A stretch of DNA of 64,000 bases from an uncultured Gemmataceae bacterium (GTDB lineage Bacteria > Planctomycetota > Planctomycetia > Gemmatales > Gemmataceae). Under the pieces are notes generated by a model. That model saw nothing but the letters and a program-made list of their open reading frames with translations. It searched no databases and had not been told where the DNA came from. The stretch covers positions 832,001 to 896,000 of the forward strand of contig CAVVPN010000012.1 of the NCBI GenBank assembly GCA_963750165.1, read 5' to 3'. This document shows positions 21,877-33,559 of the stretch, one piece after another. The number at the start of each line of letters is the position of its first letter. The first letter of the stretch is position 1. The position numbers and the translations under genes were made by a program.

Positions 21877-22067
21877 GTAGGACGGCTCTCCAGAGCCGTC
21901 TTTTGCAGGGGCATGGCGTATCGCTTGCCCGGTCATTGGTTGGCCTTACTCGGCTACACCCCCTTCTCCAGGAATTAGAGCAGTTCCCAGTCGCGTGAAC
22001 CACCAACCGTGGCACGGCTCTCCCGAGCCGTGATGGCAACCGCACGGCTCGGGAGAGCCGTGCCACG
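21877..22067. repeat. REP copies (GTAGGACGGCTCTCCAGAGCCGTC and an inverted GTGGCACGGCTCTCCCGAGCCGTG pair)
   Basis: Single REP at 21877-21900; inverted doublet at about 22008-22066. Confidence 0.8.
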
Positions 22068-22146
22068 CCTTGTGCGCCTGCCCTGCGTGAACCGCTCCAG
22101 AGCAGTTTGCCGTCGCAAGAACCACGAACCGCAGGCCAGCGCTGCC

Positions 22147-22360
22147 AGGGCGCCAAATCTCGACGTGTGAAAAAGTTGGCGTCCTTGGCGTCCTTGGCGT
22201 TCTTGCTGTGGCAACCGCCGCCGCTGGTGGTCGCGCCGTGCCAGCCGTGCAGGGCAAGGGCGCCAATTCTCGACGTATGAAAAAGCTGGCCCCCTTGGCC
22301 CCCTTGGCCCCCTTGCTGCGACAGCGCAGGCCGCTGGTGGTCAAGCCGTGTCCGCCGTCC
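22147..22360 (+). repeat. About 110-bp tandem duplication containing 9-mer repeats
   Basis: Two units, each TCTCGACGT(G/A)TGAAAAAG followed by about three TTGGC(GT/CC)CC units and then GCCGCTGGTGGTC; a third copy of the core lies at 35133-35185 on the minus strand. Confidence 0.85.
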
Positions 22361-22674
22361 CACCCGTGCGCGCTCCGCCTGCGCACCGCGCTAAGGTCCA
22401 GGAGGAGCCCGTTATTTCAGGAACCGACTCAAGAATCAAGGCGGATCGTGGTGCCTCCTGGCGAATCGGCAAGCGCTGCGAGCGGGTGAAGGGCAAACTT
22501 GAAGCTTTTCGGCTCCTTTCGCAATTTTTTTCAAGATCAGAGCCGTTACGACCGATACTGTTTAACACTCTCTTTCGTCATGGCACTGGTAGTGGTGGAA
22601 GCTCGATCCGTACCAACCCGTGGCCGTTGTGGTACACCCGCCGTGTGGACGGCAAGTTCCAGAAGGGGGCTTCC

Positions 22675-24702
22675 ATGAAGCGCCTGTACGTGCCAATGGC
22701 CCTACTCGGAATCTGGGCGCTGAGTGGCTGCCACTCGCCGGTCCAGCAGAGCGTCGATGCGCTGCTCTGCGACCGGGCCGGGCAACCCATCGACCTGGGC
22801 CCGCCGGCCGCGCTCCCACCGGCCGCGACTCCGCCGACCAGCCCGCTGGGCCAGGCGGCCGCCCCCCTCCTGGGCGACGGCGGCGGGGAGATTCAACTCG
22901 TGTCCGCCCAGAAGGGGCAGGGAAAGCCTGCCACTACCCTGGAAAAACGACTGCTCGAGGCCGGCAAGGACGTCCCCGGCGCGACCGTCCCGCCGATCCG
23001 GTTGCCCCCACTCGACGAGAAAACCCAACTGGACGCGGCAGTCAAAAAATACTTCCCGCCGTTGGCGGAGGCAGGCAAGGAATTCCAGCCGCCGCCGGGA
23101 CCGGACGGCCGACCGCTCACGCTCGCGGACCTGCAGAAAATGGCCGTCGCCAACAGCCCGCAACTCCGCCAGGCGGCCGCCGCCATCGAGCGGGACAAGG
23201 GGGCGGTTGTGCTCGCGGGGCAGTACCCCAACCCGTCGATCGGCCCCGGGGCCTCCTCGTCACCCGGCCCCAGCGGCGGCCCACTGTACGGCGTCATCCT
23301 GGGTCAGACGATCATGGGCTTCGGCAAACTCAAGGCTGCCGAGGCGGCCGCCGTCGCGAACCTGGAACAGACCAAGCTGGCTTACCGCCGCGCCGAAACC
23401 GACCTGATGGCGGCTGTCCGCACCGGCTACTTCGCCGTCCTGGTGGCCCAGGAAAACGTCCGGGCCAACCGGGCCCTGGTGGACCTGACCGACGAGGTGT
23501 ACAAGGTCATGGTCGCCCAGCTCAAGGGAGGAGAGGTCGCCACCTACGAGCCGATGCAGATGGGCGTGTTCGCCATCCAGGCCCGGGCCGGCCTCATCAC
23601 CGCCCGGAACAGTTACACGCTGGCCTGGAAACAGCTGGCCAGCAGCATGGGCCTGCCGGGCATGCCGCCGACCCAGCTGGAGGGCCGCATCGACATGCCC
23701 CTGCCGCTGTACCACTACGACAGCGTCCTGGCCCAGGTCCTGACCAACCACACCGACGTGGGAATCGCCAATCTGGGCGTCGCCGTCGCCCGCTACAACC
23801 TGCGCCTGGCCGAACTGCAGCCGTACCCGGACTACACCGTTTCGGCCAACATCATCCACGACAACACGCCGACGTTGGCCACGGGCCTGTCGAGCTTCGG
23901 CGGATCGGCCCTGCACTGGCGGGTGATCACCAGCGGCGTGCAGGTGACCTTCCCCATCCCGGTGTGGAACCAGGGCCGCGGCGGCATCTGGCAAGCCCAG
24001 GGGGCGTTGATGCAGGCCGTCGAGGAACCGCACCGCGTCCGCAACGAACTGAGCGCCCGCGTCGCCGACGCCTTCCGCCGGTACAACGAGAACCGCTCCC
24101 TGGTCGAGTTGTACGTCAAGGAGGCCCTGCCGAAACAGGTGCAGGCGTTCCGGGCCGCCGTCAAGCGCCACTACGGCGCGGAGCCCGACAAGGTGGCCTA
24201 CAACGACCTCATCAGCTCGGAGCAGAACCTCGTCTCGGTCGTGGGCAGTTACCTTACCTTGCTCAGTCTGCAGTGGCAGGCTGTCGTGGACGTGAGCAGC
24301 CTGCTGCAGACCGACGACCTGTTCGCGGGGACGGAGCGCCTTCCGGTCGCCTCGGTCGCCGACCTGCACGAGCTGCTGAAGCTGCCGTGCTGCCACCCGT
24401 GCAGCACCCCGCAGGCGCAGTCCCTCCGGGGGGCGCAGCTTGTTTGGCCGGAGGCGGGCCTGGTCCCGGAGCCGGAGAAAAAACCGCTGCCCCCGCCGCA
24501 AACCATGCAAGCGCCGCAGGCCCCGCCGCAAATCAAGCAACCGCCGCAGGCCCCGCCGCCAGCCGAGAAACCGGGGCCTGATCAGCTGTCGTTCCCCAGG
24601 TACACCGTGCCGTCCCAGCTCCGCCCCGTCGTGTTGAGCGCCCCGCCGTCCCTGATGCAACAGCCGCCGCCGGTCGCCACGCCGGCCGCGCTGCGGGACT
24701 GA
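22675..24702 (+). CDS. TolC-family outer membrane lipoprotein with a Pro-rich tail
   Basis: Lipobox LSGC, LTLADLQKMAVANSPQL, AGQYPNP, FPIPVWNQGRGGI. Confidence 0.85.
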   Translation: MKRLYVPMALLGIWALSGCHSPVQQSVDALLCDRAGQPIDLGPPAALPPAATPPTSPLGQAAAPLLGDGGGEIQLVSAQKGQGKPATTLEKRLLEAGKDVPGATVPPIRLPPLDEKTQLDAAVKKYFPPLAEAGKEFQPPPGPDGRPLTLADLQKMAVANSPQLRQAAAAIERDKGAVVLAGQYPNPSIGPGASSSPGPSGGPLYGVILGQTIMGFGKLKAAEAAAVANLEQTKLAYRRAETDLMAAVRTGYFAVLVAQENVRANRALVDLTDEVYKVMVAQLKGGEVATYEPMQMGVFAIQARAGLITARNSYTLAWKQLASSMGLPGMPPTQLEGRIDMPLPLYHYDSVLAQVLTNHTDVGIANLGVAVARYNLRLAELQPYPDYTVSANIIHDNTPTLATGLSSFGGSALHWRVITSGVQVTFPIPVWNQGRGGIWQAQGALMQAVEEPHRVRNELSARVADAFRRYNENRSLVELYVKEALPKQVQAFRAAVKRHYGAEPDKVAYNDLISSEQNLVSVVGSYLTLLSLQWQAVVDVSSLLQTDDLFAGTERLPVASVADLHELLKLPCCHPCSTPQAQSLRGAQLVWPEAGLVPEPEKKPLPPPQTMQAPQAPPQIKQPPQAPPPAEKPGPDQLSFPRYTVPSQLRPVVLSAPPSLMQQPPPVATPAALRD

Positions 24703-24762
24703 ACGGGTGTGGATGGGAATGGACAAGATCTCACGCTTCCAGTGTGAAAAGGAATTCCAGAA

Positions 24763-26006
24763 ATGGTTCGCACATATGGTATCCTGGTGACGGCCGTGAC
24801 CCTGGCCGTGCTGGCGGCGGGCGGGGGGTACGGTCAGGCGCCGAACAGTCCGGTCTACAGTTTGCCGCTGGTCCCTCCCCTGGCACAAAGTCCCGTGTCC
24901 CCGCAGGCTGCCCTGCTGCCGCCTACTGCGGTGGACGAGTCCCCCCTGCCCCCTGCCGGGGGGGCGCCGCCCGGCGTCGTGGGGGTTCAGGCTGCGCCGC
25001 CCTACACGCCTCCTGCCTGGGGGGGGCCGCCCGGTGTGCTGGGGGGGTATCAGGCCGGGCGGTCCTATACGCCCCCTGCCAGGTGTGCGCCGCCAGGCGT
25101 CCTGGGGGTTGAGGCCGGGCCGCCGCCGTGCGCACTGCACGAGGACAACAACGGGTCGCTCCTCAAGTTCGACCCGCTGCTGGAAGACTTGAAGCACGCC
25201 CCGCCAGGCTGGTACGCCGCCGTCGAGGTCGATCTGGTCGGGCCCCACATCGAGAACCGGGTGTCCGACACTCTGGTAACGACCACCGCGGGCACGACCA
25301 ACACGGTCCATCTGCCGATGCCCCGCAGGGCTGGACGGGGTCGCCGCGGTTCGAACTGGGCTACCGGCCCGGCCAGGGAAATCTTGAGGTCTTGATGTCG
25401 TACCGCTTCCTGACGACATCCGGGAACGAGGTGCTGCCAGCCTTCGACGCGGCCGGCAATCCCGGCAACGTCAACAGCCGCCTGGCCTTGAACTCCTTTA
25501 ACCTGGATCTCGCCGGCCGCGAGTTTAGCCTGGGGCCGCTCTGGGACATGAAGTGGCGGGTGGGTGCCCAGGTGAGCAGTGTGTTCTTCGACTCGCAGGC
25601 GGTGAGCCCGGAACTGCTGCAGCGGACCTCCAACAACCTCGTCGGGGCTGGCCCGCACGTGGGTCTCGACCTGACGCGGCGCTTTGCCGAGGCCCCGGGG
25701 TGGGGCCTGTTCATGCGGGCCGAGTCCGCACTGCTCATCAGCGAAATCCACCAGAGTTTCACCGAGTCGATCACGATTCCCGGCGGCGCCCCAGTCAACG
25801 GCGTCGGCCGGCAGGCGCAGACGCAGCCAGCGCCGACCCTGAACATCCAGTTCGGCGTCAACTACACGCCTCCCTGGAACGAGGGGCTGCGCTTCTCGGC
25901 AGGCTACATTTACGAGGAGTGGTGGAACGTCGCCGAGGCGGAATTCCAGAGCAAGGGCAACGTGACGTTTCAGGGCGGCTTCCTGCGAGCGGAGTGGCGG
26001 TATTAA
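24763..26006 (+). CDS. Planctomycete outer-membrane beta-barrel protein (Lpg1974/BBP7-like), frameshift near 25325
   Basis: Signal peptide, Pro-rich repeat, alternating beta-strands, C-terminal FQGGFLRAEWRY. Confidence 0.7.
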
Positions 26007-26011
26007 CGCTC

Positions 26012-26039
26012 TCGTTCCCACGCGGAGCGTGGGAACGAG
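26012..26039. repeat. REP-like palindrome between convergent genes
   Basis: CTCGTTCCCACGC-GGA-GCGTGGGAACGAG. Confidence 0.75.
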
Positions 26040-26052
26040 GATGTCGAGGATG

Positions 26053-29000
26053 TTAGTGCGACAACCGGGCGGCGTCGGCCGGCGGTTCGCGATGGCCGTA
26101 GAAGCTGTACAGCACGGGCATCATGTACCGCGTGAGGAACAGCGTCGTGACCATGCCGCCGACGACCACGATGGCCAGCGGACGCTGCGTCTGGGCGCCG
26201 ATGGCCGTCGAGAACGCCGCCGGCAGCAACCCCAGAATGGCCGTCAGTGCCGTCATGGTCACGGGCCGCACGCGCTTCTCGGCCCCCTGCATGATCGCCT
26301 CCTTGACCGGCACCCCCCGGGCCCGCAGGTCGTTGAAGTAGGAGATCATCAGCAGGCCATCCATGATGGCCACGCCGAACAGCGACACGAAGCCGACCGC
26401 GGCCGAGATGCTGAAGTTGGTGCCGGTCAGGAACAGCGCCCAGATGCCGCCCACCGCCAGGGCGAGCACGTTGGACAGGACCACCGTCGCGTCCAGCATC
26501 GACTTGAAGGCAATGTAGAGCAGGATGAAAATCAGCAGTAGCGACGCCGGCACGATAATCAGCAGGCGACCCTCGGCGTCCTCCATTTGCTCGAACTCGC
26601 CGCCGAAGGCCACGCGGTACGGCGGATGGTACAGGTGGGCGGTCTTCTCCTTCACCAGGGCGACGCGGCTGGCCAGATCGTAATCCTCATCGACGCTGTA
26701 CTTGACGGCGATGAAGCGTTTGCCCTGTTCGCGCGTGATCATCGAGCCGCCGGGCGCGAGAAACTGCCCTTGGGGTCGGGCCGCCCGTCCGCGCCCCCTG
26801 GCGACACCAGGTCGCGCAACCGCAGCCGTGTCTGGTAACCGGTGTTCGGCGCTACGTTGGCACTCATCACCGCGGGCAGAAACAGGCCGAAACCGGTCGG
26901 CGAACTGCCCTGCTGCGGCCCCGTGGTCGTCGTCTGCCCCAGGCCGGGCGCCGAGCCGGGTGTCAGCGTGTTGTTCCACACGTCCACCGGAATGTCCAGG
27001 ATCGAACTCTGGTCCCAGCGGCGGTTGAACGGCCAGCGCAGTGTCACGTCAAAGGTCTTTTCGCCCTCGACCATCTGCGTCATGGGGGCGCCGTGGACGG
27101 CGCTGTTGATGACGTTGGTCACGTCCTGCACCTGCACGCCCCAGCGCTTGCACTTCTCCTTGTCCACCACGGGCACCAGGTTCGACTGCCCCATGATGCG
27201 GAACACGCCGATGTCCTTCAGGCCGTCAATCCGGGCCAGCACGTTCTTGGTCCGCGCGGCCAACTCCTCCAACTTGTCCAGGTCCGGTCCATAAATCTTG
27301 ACGGAGTTGTCGCCCTTGACGCCGGAGATGGCCTCCATGACGTTGTCGCGGATGTACTGCGAAAACGCCCACTCGACGCCGGGCATCTTGCGGTTCAACT
27401 CCGCGCTCATGTCGGCCACGAGTTCCCGACGGGTGCGTTTTTTGCGCTGGCCGTTGGGCCGTTGCACCTCCGGCCACTCCTCCTCTTTTTTCAAGGGCAC
27501 GAAGAACTCGACGTTGTTGAAGCCGCCGGGGTCAGTGCCGTCATCCGGGCGGCCCGCCTGCGTGGTGACGGCCGCCACTTCGGGATATTTGGCCGAACTC
27601 ATGACCCGGCGCGCCGTGTGCACGGAATCGGTCACGGCATCCAGCGACGTGTGGACGGGGTAGGTGGCGCGAATCCACAAATTGCCCTCCTCCAACTCGG
27701 GCATGAACTCGCGGCCCAGGTGTATCAGCGGCCAGCAGACGGTCAGCACCACCAGCGCCACCATGAGAGCGACAGTGACCCAGCGGTACTCCAGGCACCG
27801 GCGGAGATTGTTCAGGTAACGCGCCTTCATGATGCGCACAAAGAAGTTGTCCCGAACCGGCTTGATGCCGCGGAAGAACAGCAGGCACAGCACCGGGCAC
27901 AGCGTCAGGCTCAGCATCAGGGCGCCGCCCAGGGCCAGGGCGTAGGTCTGGGCCATCGGCCCGAACAGCTCGCCCTCGGCCCCCGTCATGGTGAACAACG
28001 GCATGAAGGCGCAGATCATGATGCCGGTGGAGAAGAGCAGGGCCTTGTCGATTTCCTTGCTGGCATACAGGATGCGCTCCTTGAGCGGCAGCTCGGCGTG
28101 GTCACCCGAGGAGAGGTGGCGGTAAATGTTCTCGACCATGATGACCGAGGAATCGACGATGATGCCGAAATCGACGGCGCCGATGGACAGCAGGTTGGCC
28201 GACTTGCCACGCAGGTAGAGCGTGGCGAAGGCGAACAGCAGCGCCAACGGAATGTTGATGGCCACGATCAACGCGCTGCGGATGTTGTTGAGGAACATCA
28301 GCAGGATCAGCGTGACCAAGACCATGCCCAGGACCAGGTTGTGCTCGACCGTGTGCGTGGTGACGTGGATCAGTTCCTCACGGTCGTAGTAGGGCTCCAG
28401 TTCGACGCCGGGCAGCAGCCGGCCCGGCTGGTTCAACTCCTCGACCTTGTCCTTGACGGCCTTGATGGCGGGCAGGGACTGTTCGCCCTTACGCATGAGC
28501 ACGATGCCCTGGACCTTCTCGTCGCTGTGCCGCCAGTGGTGGCCCTCGTCATCCAGGGCCCTGTCGAGACTGACCCGGCCCAGGCGCGTCTGGTGGCTGA
28601 CGACGACGCCCCGGGTGCTCGGCGCCTCCCTGTGCGGCAGCGGCCCGCCGTCCACCACGTCGTCGATCTTGATCGGCACGTTGTTGACCGACTTGATAAC
28701 GATGTCGCGGATTTCACTGAGGCGCTTGTTGTCCTCGGCTCGCAGAAACGCGGCGGCCTGCTGCGGGGTCTTCATGGCGAAGGCCCGCTCCATCGGATCC
28801 TTGCCGCCGCCGATGACGCCGATGACACGCACCATCTGCACGGTGCGGCCCTGGACGAGGAAGTCGCCGCCGACGTTGGCGTTGCTGTTGGTCAGGGCGT
28901 TCTGGATGTCCGCGAGGGCGATGCCGAAGCGCTTCATGCGCTCGGGGTCGGGCTGAATCTCGTAGCGCTTGACGGTGCCGCCGGCGCTGGTCACGGCGAT

Positions 29001-29531
29001 GATGCGCGGCACGCGGCGGAACTCACGCTCCACCAGCCAGTCCTGCAGGGCCTTGATGTCGTTGAGGGTGTAGATTTCCTGGCCCAGGGCGTTTTTCGGC
29101 GTCTTCAGGGTGTAGCGGTAGATTTCGCCGATGGGGCTGGCCGGCGAGATCAGCGGCTGAATGCCCGGCGGCAGGTTGGTGACGAACTGCAGGCGGTTGA
29201 TAACCTCCTGCCGCGCCGCGTTGTAGTCGGTGCCGTATTGGAAGACGTTGCGCAGGTGGGTCAGGCCGAACAGCGATCGGCTGTGGGTGGCTTTCAGGCC
29301 GGGCATGCCCGCCAGGGTTACCTCCAGCGGCACGGTGACCTGACGCTCCATATCCTCGGCGGAGGCGCCGGGCCACTGGGCGACGACCTCGACGATGGCC
29401 GGAGCCGGGTCGGGGTACGCCTCAACGTTGATGTTGTTGAAGGCGTAATAGCCGAAGACGGCCAGGGCCACCCCCAGCAACACGACGATCAGCGGACTGT
29501 TGAGGGACCACTCGATGAGTTTGCGAACCAT
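26053..29531 (-). CDS. CusA/CzcA-family heavy-metal RND permease (frameshift near 26745)
   Basis: VEAYPD, SANLLSIGAVDFGIIVDSSVIMVEN, EGELFGPMA, RVRPVTMTALTAILGLLP, QRPLAIVVVGG. Confidence 0.92.
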
Positions 29532-29606
29532 GTATGGGGAATTCTCCTGCGGTTGCTTTCAGGCAACCGGGCTTCAGGGCTGGGTTGGGTGTGGGATCTT
29601 GCCTCC

Positions 29607-29674
29607 GGCGAGCGGCGCGGCGTCAGCCCGCCGGTACTGCACAGCACCGGCGGGCTGACGCCGCGCCGCTCGCC
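29607..29674. repeat. REP family A hairpin (GGCGAGCGGCGCGGCGTCAGCCCGCCGG)
   Basis: Inverted pair; further copies at 39157, 51193, 55311, 58823 and 60571, with variants at 49781 and 62576. Confidence 0.9.
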
Positions 29675-29690
29675 AGGAATGACACGGGAC

Positions 29691-31220
29691 TCATTGATCG
29701 GTGTCGTCGGGCCGTTCCCGGGCCTGAAGGTTTTCGAGGGCCGCGGTCAGCTCCACGACGCCGCGGGTGATGACGCGCTCGCCCGGCAGCAGGGGCTGAA
29801 TCGGCCGCCGGCCGCGCTGGACCTCTGCGCGGGACGTCTGCTCCTCCTCCGGCGTCAGTTTCGTGCGGACGTAGGTGACCTGCTTGAAGCGGCGCACCAC
29901 GGCGACCCGCTTGAGCGTGTACTCCCGTTTGGCCGCGTTGGTCTCCACGAAGACCAGGGCCTGGTTCTCCACCTCGTTGAGGGCCTCGGTGGGAATCTCC
30001 ACCGTGTCCGGGTCGGGCGGCACGAAGATGGTCGCCGTCACGAACTGGCCCACGAGGTACTTGTTACCGCCAGGGTTGTCCAGGTAACCCATGACGATGG
30101 GCGTGTGCTGGTTGGGCTCCAGGCTGGGCGCGACCTGGACGATGTCCAGTGTCAGCGGCGGCGCGTTGGCCGACTCGCTCTGGAGGCGGATCAGCCACTT
30201 GAGCCCCTGGCCGTCGCGTTTCGCCAGCCGTTCGCGCAAGATCGGCAGGTATTCCTCCGGCGGGTGGACCCAGATTTGCAGCCGGCGCAGGTCGGCCAAC
30301 TTGAACAACGGCGTGGGGTTGCCCGGGTCCACCTTTTCGTCGTTGTTGCAGTTCTTCTCGACAATGGTCAATTCCGCGTTCGCGTCGAAGCGGTTGAGCG
30401 GCACCTTCACCTCGTCGCGCGCCCACTTCATCTCCTTGTCGGCGGAGCGCACCAAGTTCTGGTCGATGATGATGTTGGCCTCGCGCTTGATCTTGTCGAT
30501 CTCCTCGTCGGGTAGCTTCCACATCTTCAGGGTGCGCTCAGCGGTGAGCACGGCACCGCTGTCGGCCTGCACCTGGCGCTTGGTGACCTGGACGCTGGCG
30601 TAGGACATGGCCCCTTCCTGGAAGATGTCCAGCTGGCGCTTGAGGGTGGCCTGGCTCAGGCGCAGGGCGCAGACGGCATCCACCAGGGCGGCCTTCTTCT
30701 CGCCCAGGTCGCGGCTCCAGACGACGCAGAGCGTGTCGCCCGGTTTCACCTTATCGAACGCGCGGATCGGCCGCAGTTTCGTGAAGTAGCTGGGCGTATC
30801 GGTGTCCAGCACCATGCGAAATTCCGCCAACTCGCCCGTGAAGCGCGGCTTGACGGTGTAGAGGCGATCCACATCGTAGTTAATGGTGCCGATTTGCGGC
30901 GGCAGCGGCAGCGGCTCCCTGGCCAACTTGACCGTTACGGGCTTGATGCCCAGGCCTTTGACAGCGTCGGCGGTCAGGCGCAGGCCCGGGTTACCATTAG
31001 CGTCGCGGAACAGTTCGGCGGACGTGTTTTCCTCGTCGCCGCCGGGCTGGGCCTTGCGCTTCTTGCCGGGCAGCAGGTTGCTGACGGCATCCTGCGCCGC
31101 GGTGGAGACGGCCATGGTGATGCCACCGCCCACAACCAGCACGGCGAGGACAATCAGCACAACGTATCGAATTCGAGTGGAACGATTGTCAGGCACTGAC
31201 GAGTCCCCGCGTATAGTCAA
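29691..31220 (-). CDS. RND periplasmic adaptor (CusB/CzcB-like); start uncertain
   Basis: N-terminal TM, LFKLADLRRLQIW, GQFVTATI, LLPGERVITRGVVEL; directly upstream of the RND permease. Confidence 0.85.
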   Translation of the reverse strand: MTIRGDSSVPDNRSTRIRYVVLIVLAVLVVGGGITMAVSTAAQDAVSNLLPGKKRKAQPGGDEENTSAELFRDANGNPGLRLTADAVKGLGIKPVTVKLAREPLPLPPQIGTINYDVDRLYTVKPRFTGELAEFRMVLDTDTPSYFTKLRPIRAFDKVKPGDTLCVVWSRDLGEKKAALVDAVCALRLSQATLKRQLDIFQEGAMSYASVQVTKRQVQADSGAVLTAERTLKMWKLPDEEIDKIKREANIIIDQNLVRSADKEMKWARDEVKVPLNRFDANAELTIVEKNCNNDEKVDPGNPTPLFKLADLRRLQIWVHPPEEYLPILRERLAKRDGQGLKWLIRLQSESANAPPLTLDIVQVAPSLEPNQHTPIVMGYLDNPGGNKYLVGQFVTATIFVPPDPDTVEIPTEALNEVENQALVFVETNAAKREYTLKRVAVVRRFKQVTYVRTKLTPEEEQTSRAEVQRGRRPIQPLLPGERVITRGVVELTAALENLQARERPDDTDQ

Positions 31221-31495
31221 TCAGGTCGGCTAAAGTTCATTGGGGAAGAGTCGATGGTGAGCGCGAGATAAACTCTCCCACACCCATAAAAGCAAACCTG
31301 GTTCCATATCGATGGATTCCGGCAATGGTTGGCGCAAGAGATATGGCTGCAAGGAACTTGCGCCTGATGGTGGGAAAGAGGCCTCCGTGAAAATTCCCGC
31401 GGTTGCTGGTCTGGCACCAACCAGGCTGGTCAAAGGACGTACAGACCGCCTGGTTTTCCCGACCGGCAAGCTCAGCGGGGGCAGGCCGGTGTTTG

Positions 31496-31876
31496 TCAGG
31501 CTTGCGGGTGGGTCGAGAGCCAGAGCCGGGCGAGCGCGCCTACGACCGACTGCGGCCCGGCCCCGGCCACGCCGACTGTCTCGACCGTCGTCCCCCCGGC
31601 GGCCAGCGTGCCCGCCCAGGTGCCGTCCGGTTGGAGGGTCAGCGTCACCTGCGCCCCCGCCGGGAGTTGCTTGAGCGCCTCCCCCTTGGGGATCGGGGCC
31701 ATTCGCCGCTGCTCCTCGTCCAGCCTGGCGACACACGCGGCGCAGCGGGTCCGCTGGAACTTGGCCAGCCGCTGCGCTCGGTACTTGTCCACCTCATAGT
31801 GCTGGAACTCCTGCTGATGGCCGCAGGCCCGCTTGACCAGCGGCCGCGCCACGATCCTGCCTGATGGTTCGGTCAT
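31496..31876 (-). CDS. Hypothetical protein with a possible Zn ribbon
   Basis: GAGGAG RBS; CGH...CAAC. Confidence 0.6.
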   Translation of the reverse strand: MTEPSGRIVARPLVKRACGHQQEFQHYEVDKYRAQRLAKFQRTRCAACVARLDEEQRRMAPIPKGEALKQLPAGAQVTLTLQPDGTWAGTLAAGGTTVETVGVAGAGPQSVVGALARLWLSTHPQA

Positions 31877-32159
31877 CGTCGCTCTCCTCGTTCCGGGCGG
31901 CACACCGTCAGTCTACGAATTACCGCCCCGTTAGGCGAAACTTCACCGGCAGCGGTCCCGGCGGCGCGTGGCAATATCTGGCGAATCTTCTTGACGATGC
32001 CCCGTGGACGGGTTCCAATTTTCTCAAAACCACAACGCGGACTGACGGCCGCAGGGCAATCGTCGCCGTTGCGTCCGGTGCCGTCGCCACGGCGGCCGGG
32101 CTTCCGTAGCCTGACATTGGATCGTTTGCAAGCACGACCAATTCCCACGGAGGCACGGG

Positions 32160-33430
32160 ATGAAAACACGCTGGCTCCTGCTCGGGCTCGCCGGCCTCGG
32201 GCTGTTCGCCCTCGGCGGCGCCGCCGCCGACTGGCCGCAGTGGCGCGGGCCCAACCGCGATGGCATCTCCAAGGAAACGGGCCTGCTCAAGCAGTGGCCC
32301 AAGGGCGGCCCCAAACTGCTCTGGCACGTCAAGGACATCGGCTTCGGTTATTCGACACCCGCGGTGGTCGGCGACCGCATCTACCTGCTGAGCAACCGCG
32401 GCCTGGATAACGAGTTCGTCCAGGCGCTGCACGTCAAGGACGGCACGCAGGTCTGGTCCACGAAGCTCGGCAAGGTGGGGCCGAACGAGAAGGTCAACTA
32501 TCCCGGCGCCCGCTCCACGCCGACGGTGGACGGCGACGTGCTCTATGCCCTCGGCTCCGATGGCGACCTGGCCTGCGTGGAAGTGGCCAAGGCGCGGTGC
32601 GCTGGCGCAAGAACCTGCGCCGCGATTACGGTGGCAAGCCTGGCTTCTGGGCCTACGCGGAGTCGCCACTGATCGACGGTGACATGCTCGTTTGCACGCC
32701 CGGCGGCAATGACGCGACGTTGCTGGCCCTGAACAAGAAGACCGGCAACCTGATTTGGAAGTGCGCGGTGCCGGGCGGCGACGCGGCGGCCTATGCGTCG
32801 GTGATCGTCGTCGAGGGCGGCGGCGCCCGACAGTACGTGCAGTTCCTGCAGAACGGCGTCGTCGGCGTGGACGCACAGAAGGGCAAGCTCCTGTGGCGCT
32901 ACGACAGGACCGCCAAGGGCAGCCTGGCCAACATCCCGACGCCGGTGGCCCACGACGGCTACGTCTACAGCGCCACCGGAAAGGGCGGTGCCGGCCTGGT
33001 GAAACTCAAGCCCGGCAATAACGGCGTCACGGCGGCAGAGGTGTATTTCAACGCCGGCCTGCCGAACGCCATCGGCGGCGCCGTGCTGGTCGGCGAGCAC
33101 CTGTACGGCACCAGCTACCGCCAGACGCTGATGTGTGTCGAGTTCAGGACCGGCAAGGTGAAGTGGCAGGACGAGTGCGTCGGCGCCGGCGGCATCTGCT
33201 ACGCCGACGGCCGGCTCTATGTCTTCGGCGAAAGCAATGGCGAGGTCGCGCTGGTGGAGGCGACGCCGGAAGCGTACCGCGAGCGCGGCCGTTTCACGGC
33301 GCCGGCTCAGCCGCAGGACCGTGGCAATCCGCCGGGCAAGGCGTGGGCGTACCCGGTGGTCGCCAACGGCCGGCTGTATCTGCGCGATCTCGGTTCGCTG
33401 TGGTGCTACGACATCCGGGCGGCGAAGTGA
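32160..33430 (+). CDS. PQQ-like beta-propeller repeat protein (frameshift near 32595)
   Basis: Signal peptide, DWPQWRGPNRDG, GYSTP, AESPLIDG, WAYPVVANGRLYLRD. Confidence 0.9.
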
Positions 33431-33463
33431 GGGTCTTTTCCGCCGCTTGCGGCTTGGATTGTC

Positions 33464-33533
33464 GTGGTGGGTCGGAGCCCGAGCGCCAGCGCGGGGCCAA
33501 GTTCTGCCCCGCGCTGGCGCTCGGGCTCCGACC
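33464..33533. repeat. REP family B hairpin
   Basis: GGTCGGAGCCCGAGCGCCAGCG ... CGCTGGCGCTCGGGCTCCGACC; second copy at 62361-62420. Confidence 0.88.
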
Positions 33534-33559
33534 AAAAACCAGAACCGCCCAGGCGGCAG

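Noticed and set aside
21815..22568. ORFs across the glgX-tolC intergenic region
   Set aside because: They are translations of repeat elements (for example LAPLAPLAP) with no RBS or family signal.
23260..25419. Long minus-strand ORF, and similar ones such as 57057-58859 and 44251-45936
   Set aside because: Antisense to well-supported genes, with shadow-type composition.
27093..30515. 1140-aa plus-strand ORF
   Set aside because: Antisense shadow of the RND permease and adaptor genes, typical of high-GC DNA; no recognisable motifs.
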